From Lachnospiraceae bacterium (lineage in GTDB: Bacteria > Bacillota > Clostridia > Lachnospirales > Lachnospiraceae): a DNA stretch of 64,000 nucleotides. Every line of letters starts with the position of its first letter. The stretch's first letter is position 1. Made by a program: the position numbers and the translations under genes. Where the stretch lies: NCBI GenBank assembly GCA_900757145.1, contig CAAEMT010000003.1:1718-65717 (forward strand), in the 5' to 3' direction. The notes beneath the pieces were generated by a model. It was not told the origin of the DNA, ran no database searches, and saw only the letters and a list, made by a program, of their open reading frames with translations. Of this stretch, positions 60,651 through 64,000 are shown one piece after another.

Positions 60651-61379
60651 ATGGAAGATAGTGCAAGAAAACTGCAGGAGATGATCGACGGTAGTAAGAG
60701 CATCGTATTTTTTGGAGGCGCAGGCGTTTCGACAGAGAGCGGTATTCCGGATTTTCGCAGTGTGGACGGGCTTTATCATCAAAAGTATGATTTCCCGCCG
60801 GAGACGATTTTAAGCCATACATTTTTTGTGCGTCATACGAAGGAATTTTACCGTTTTTACCGTGATAAGATGCTGTATCTTGGCGCAGAGCCAAACGCGG
60901 CTCATTTAAAGCTTGCGGAAATGGAAAAAAAGGGAAAGCTGTCGGCTGTTGTGACTCAGAATATCGATGGGCTGCATCAGAGGGCAGGCAGCAAAACAGT
61001 CATGGAGCTGCACGGAAGCATACACAGAAATTACTGCCAGAGATGCGGGAAGCTCTATGACGCGCACTACATGAAGGATTCTTCCGCAGAGGTGCCGCTG
61101 TGTGAGTGCGGAGGTGTGATCAAGCCTGATGTTGTGCTTTATGAAGAAGGGCTTGATCAGAAAACAATACAGGATTCTATTTATCATATTTCCCATGCGG
61201 ATATGCTGATTATCGGTGGAACATCTCTGGCAGTTTATCCGGCAGCAGGGCTGGTTGATTATTTTGAAGGCAATCATCTCGTGGTGATCAACAAATCACC
61301 GACGCCGCGTGATAAATTCGCGGATTTGCTGATTGCAGACAGTATCGGAGAGGTTCTGGGAAAGATAAGGATAGAATGA
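60651..61379 (+). CDS. cobB: NAD-dependent deacylase (sirtuin)
   Basis: GAGVSTESGIPDFRS, TQNIDGLH, LHGS, KPDVVLY, GTSL.VYPAA. Confidence 0.95.
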   Translation: MEDSARKLQEMIDGSKSIVFFGGAGVSTESGIPDFRSVDGLYHQKYDFPPETILSHTFFVRHTKEFYRFYRDKMLYLGAEPNAAHLKLAEMEKKGKLSAVVTQNIDGLHQRAGSKTVMELHGSIHRNYCQRCGKLYDAHYMKDSSAEVPLCECGGVIKPDVVLYEEGLDQKTIQDSIYHISHADMLIIGGTSLAVYPAAGLVDYFEGNHLVVINKSPTPRDKFADLLIADSIGEVLGKIRIE

Positions 61380-61410
61380 TATCGGGTATATTTGGAAGGT
61401 ATGGTGTGAT

Positions 61411-61611
61411 ATGGAGCATCTGAATTATGAGGTGGGAGACACCGTAAAGCTCAAGAAACCGCATCCGTGCGGCAGCAGGGAATGGGAGATCCTGCGCGTA
61501 GGTGCGGATTTTCGCCTGAAGTGTATGGGCTGCGGTCATCAGATCATGGTCGCAAGGAAAATTGTTGAAAAAAATACGAGAGGGCTTGTAAAGAAAGACG
61601 CTTCGGTGTAG
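61411..61611 (+). CDS. DUF951 family protein
   Basis: KKPHPCGS..WEILRVGADFRLKC..CGH; typical neighbour of rpsF. Confidence 0.9.
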   Translation: MEHLNYEVGDTVKLKKPHPCGSREWEILRVGADFRLKCMGCGHQIMVARKIVEKNTRGLVKKDASV

Positions 61612-61764
61612 AGCACTCAGGGAAAACGGAGTGTATGACACGGCAGAAAACCCTGGAAAACAGAAATTCTGTGGAGAATGCGTAAAAACAACAGGAAAAT
61701 AATGTGGAAAAATCCTTGAAAATGCAGAAAATGTATGGTAGTATAAGAATTCGTGATATATTAT

Positions 61765-61810
61765 TTCCTTGCTCCTTTCATGGAAAAGGGGCCAGAGACC
61801 ACAAGGAGGT
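61765..61810 (+). promoter_or_regulatory. rpsF leader (bS6:bS18 autoregulatory RNA)
   Basis: tccttgctcct..ggggcc.gagacc.caaggagg; the 5' tccttg can pair with the SD-containing caagga. Confidence 0.7.
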
Positions 61811-61819
61811 GCGAGAAGC

Positions 61820-62107
61820 ATGAACAAGTATGAATTAGCAGTGGTTGTCAGCGCAAAACTTGAAGATGACGCCAGAACCGCTACAATCGAAAAGGTGAAG
61901 GAGTACATTACACGCTTTGGCGGTACTGTAACAGAGGTAGAAGAGTGGGGCAAGAGAAAGCTCGCTTACGAAATCCAGAAGATGCATGAAGGATTTTACT
62001 ACTTCGTTCGCTTCGAGTCTGATGCAGCATGCCCGGCAGAAGTCGAGAGACGTATCCGTATCATGGAAAATGTCATCAGATATTTATGCGTTAGACAGGA
62101 TGCATAA
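61820..62107 (+). CDS. rpsF: 30S ribosomal protein S6
   Basis: MNKYEL, WGKRKLAYEIQK..EGFY. Confidence 0.97.
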   Translation: MNKYELAVVVSAKLEDDARTATIEKVKEYITRFGGTVTEVEEWGKRKLAYEIQKMHEGFYYFVRFESDAACPAEVERRIRIMENVIRYLCVRQDA

Positions 62108-62126
62108 ATAGAAAAGAGGAGATAGA

Positions 62127-62600
62127 ATGAATAAAGTCATCTTAATGGGACGTTTAACAAGAGACCCTGAAGTACGCTATTCCGCAGGGGATAGCTCCAT
62201 GGCGATCGCCAGATATACATTGGCAGTAGACCGCAGATTCCGCCGCGATGGAAATGATCAGCAGAGCGCTGATTTTATCGGTTGTGTAGCATTCGGAAGA
62301 AGCGCAGAGTTTGCTGAGAAATATTTTCGTCAGGGTACAAAGATTGTAGTTACCGGACGTATTCAGACGGGAAGCTACACCAATAGGGATGGCCAGAAAG
62401 TATATACGACAGACGTAGTTGTAGAGGATCAGGAATTCGCTGAGAGTAAGGCGGCATCCGCAGACAGCGGTATGCAGCAGCGCTACTCACAGCCGTCGCC
62501 GATGGCAGCATCACCGATGCCGTCACCGAGTCAGGCGTCTGTAGGGGACGGATTCATGAACATTCCGGACGGGATCGACGAGGAGCTTCCGTTCAATTAA
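62127..62600 (+). CDS. ssb: Single-stranded DNA-binding protein
   Basis: MNKVILMGRLTRDPE, C-terminal DEELPFN. Confidence 0.97.
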   Translation: MNKVILMGRLTRDPEVRYSAGDSSMAIARYTLAVDRRFRRDGNDQQSADFIGCVAFGRSAEFAEKYFRQGTKIVVTGRIQTGSYTNRDGQKVYTTDVVVEDQEFAESKAASADSGMQQRYSQPSPMAASPMPSPSQASVGDGFMNIPDGIDEELPFN

Positions 62601-62676
62601 TCGTTCGGATTTTGCCCGATCATTTCGGGTGTACAGTCCGACGCATCCAGTTAATGCGTAAAAGGAGGAATAAGCA

Positions 62677-62940
62677 ATGGCATTCAATAAAGATAGAGGC
62701 GATGCCCCGATGAAGAGAAGAGGCGGCATGCGCAGAAGAAAAAAAGTTTGCGTTTTCTGTGGCAAAGAGAATAATGAAATCGACTACAAGGACGTAAATA
62801 AGCTGAAAAGATATGTATCTGAGAGAGGTAAAATTCTCCCGAGAAGAATCACAGGAAACTGTGCTAAGCATCAGAGAGCGCTGACAGTGGCGATCAAGAG
62901 AGCTCGTCACGTTGCGCTTATGCCGTACGTTCAGGACTAA
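62677..62940 (+). CDS. rpsR: 30S ribosomal protein S18 (Zn-binding form)
   Basis: [28 protein letters not shown]. Confidence 0.98.
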   Translation: MAFNKDRGDAPMKRRGGMRRRKKVCVFCGKENNEIDYKDVNKLKRYVSERGKILPRRITGNCAKHQRALTVAIKRARHVALMPYVQD

Positions 62941-62959
62941 TCCAAATATAAGAGAAAAG

Positions 62960-63003
62960 AAAAGCCCCCTCAAATGCCGGTGTCGGTGTTTGAGGGGGCT
63001 TTT
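62960..63003 (+). terminator. rpsF-ssb-rpsR terminator and intron target
   Basis: aaaagccccctcaaatgccg / cggtgtttgagggggctttt. Confidence 0.88.
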
Positions 63004-63005
63004 AC

Positions 63006-64000
63006 GTGTGCCTGGCGGCGCACGTTTCTTAAGGGTGCAAGTCCCAAATCCGCCCGGTAGCGGGAAGGATATAGCCGAAGGCAAGGGTGTTGCAGGTGAC
63101 TGCAAATCTGAAGGAAGTCGGATGTGGGGAACCTACTAACCCACGGGCAAACCTCTGGTCTGACGAACAGAAACCGCATAAAAGGCTGTGCGTGAGGGTA
63201 AGTCTGCTTAACAAGACGAAGCCCAATAGCTACACGGAATCATGTGCAGTAAATGCGGCAGATGGATGGAGGGAAAGAAACGTGTGGTACCCAGGGAGGT
63301 CTGTACGGAAAGCTCTGAAAAGGGCAACCGTTATCGTGAGGTAACGCTGAGCGTGCAGAAGTCAGCAGAGGTCATAGTAGCCGGAAGTTTTTTTTTCGGT
63401 GAAGGGCTGAAACAATAGGAGTCTTTAGTACAACTGGGAAAGGAGGAATGGGCAGATGAGTACAGAAAACAAGGAAAGCTGCTCGCAAAGAGATAGCGCG
63501 GAACGCAAAGGGTATGTGAGAGCGCACCGCTCATTCAACCGGATATGGAAGGAAAGGGACAGTGCAGAGCCGGACATCTTAGGTAAGATACTGGATAAGG
63601 ATAATCTAAACAGAGCTTACAAAAGAGTGAAAGCAAACAAAGGCGCGCCGGGAATCGATGGAATGACCATCGAAGCGGCACTGCCATGGCTAAAGGAACA
63701 CAACCGTGAACTAACAGAGAGAATCCGAAGGGGGAAATATACCCCGTCTCCTGTGAGACGGGTGGAGATTCCGAAGCCGGACGGAGGGATACGAAAACTT
63801 GGCATCCCAACTGTCATCGATCGTATCATCCAACAGGCAATGCTTCAACAGCTCATGCCAATCTATGAGCCGCTGTTTTCGGATGACAGCTTTGGCTATC
63901 GTCCGGGGCGAGGGGCGAAAGACGCTATCCTCAGGATAAAAGGGTACATGGAGCAAGGCTATACAAGAGCAGTTGTCCTTGATCTGTCAAAGTACTTCGA
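63006..64000 (+). mobile_element. Group II intron, bacterial class C (IIC), 3'-truncated by the window
   Basis: Starts GTGTGCCTGGC 2 nt after a terminator; GGGTGCAAGTCCC, TCTGACGAACAG, GAAGTCAGCAGAGGTCATAGTA..GAAGGGCTGAA; internal RT ORF. Confidence 0.93.
63456..64000 (+). CDS. ltrA: Group II intron reverse transcriptase/maturase, partial (absent from the ORF track)
   Basis: Hand translation: NLNRAYKRVKANKGAPGIDG, PVRRVEIPKPDGGIRKLGIPTVIDRIIQQA, SFGYRPGR, VLDLSKYF; AGGAGG RBS. Confidence 0.95.
   Translation, partial: MSTENKESCSQRDSAERKGYVRAHRSFNRIWKERDSAEPDILGKILDKDNLNRAYKRVKANKGAPGIDGMTIEAALPWLKEHNRELTERIRRGKYTPSPVRRVEIPKPDGGIRKLGIPTVIDRIIQQAMLQQLMPIYEPLFSDDSFGYRPGRGAKDAILRIKGYMEQGYTRAVVLDLSKYF

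Noticed and set aside
62912..63344. Short ORFs after rpsR
   Set aside because: They overlap the terminator and intron ribozyme domains; incidental frames.
63388..63396. T9 run inside the intron as a phase-variation tract or terminator
   Set aside because: Non-coding and within a stem-loop of the ribozyme; no frame is affected.
1..64000. CRISPR array, tRNA or rRNA genes
   Set aside because: No repeat-spacer periodicity or RNA-gene signature seen; the tandem repeats at 6140 and 53789 are in-frame coding repeats without spacers.

Overview
Chromosomal window from an anaerobic gut Firmicute (gene content and style suggest Lachnospiraceae/Clostridia; inference), almost entirely on the + strand. 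In order: partial topB, a CDF transporter, a metY-cysK-rrf2 sulfur operon, a secreted beta-helix-like protein, a Csp-type S8 protease followed by a ~2.8 kb AT-rich accessory tract, a glycine-riboswitch-led gcvT-H-PA-PB-lplA-lpdA operon, a ROK-regulated polyol locus, an MBL hydrolase-VTC-DUF4956-ECF sigma-RsgI operon, an arabinoxylo-oligosaccharide locus (esterase, YesMN-like TCS, ABC, GH51, GH43), a 3alpha-HSDH-like SDR, a lysine riboswitch with an NhaC-family transporter, tatD, rsmA, a hydrolase, an ECF sigma/beta-propeller pair, yitT, asnS, a VanRS-like TCS, sortase B, cobB, rpsF-ssb-rpsR, and the 5' part of a class C group II intron inserted right after the rpsR terminator. Main non-annotated observations: (1) the last ~12 codons of the protease gene recur at 10037 and 12417, each preceded by a shared 18-bp arm, suggesting an integrase-less tandem cassette hotspot carrying KilA-N and Schlafen/AlbA_2 cargo; (2) a 22-codon RBS-preceded uORF ending GRMRRCS ahead of the sulfur operon, next to twin ACCTA-N9-TAGGT operators; (3) a family of 27-169 bp GTAAC..GTTAC-ended MITEs with 8-bp target duplications; (4) the uncharacterised VTC/DUF4956 operon with its own sigma/anti-sigma pair. 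All family assignments come from motif recognition, not database searches.
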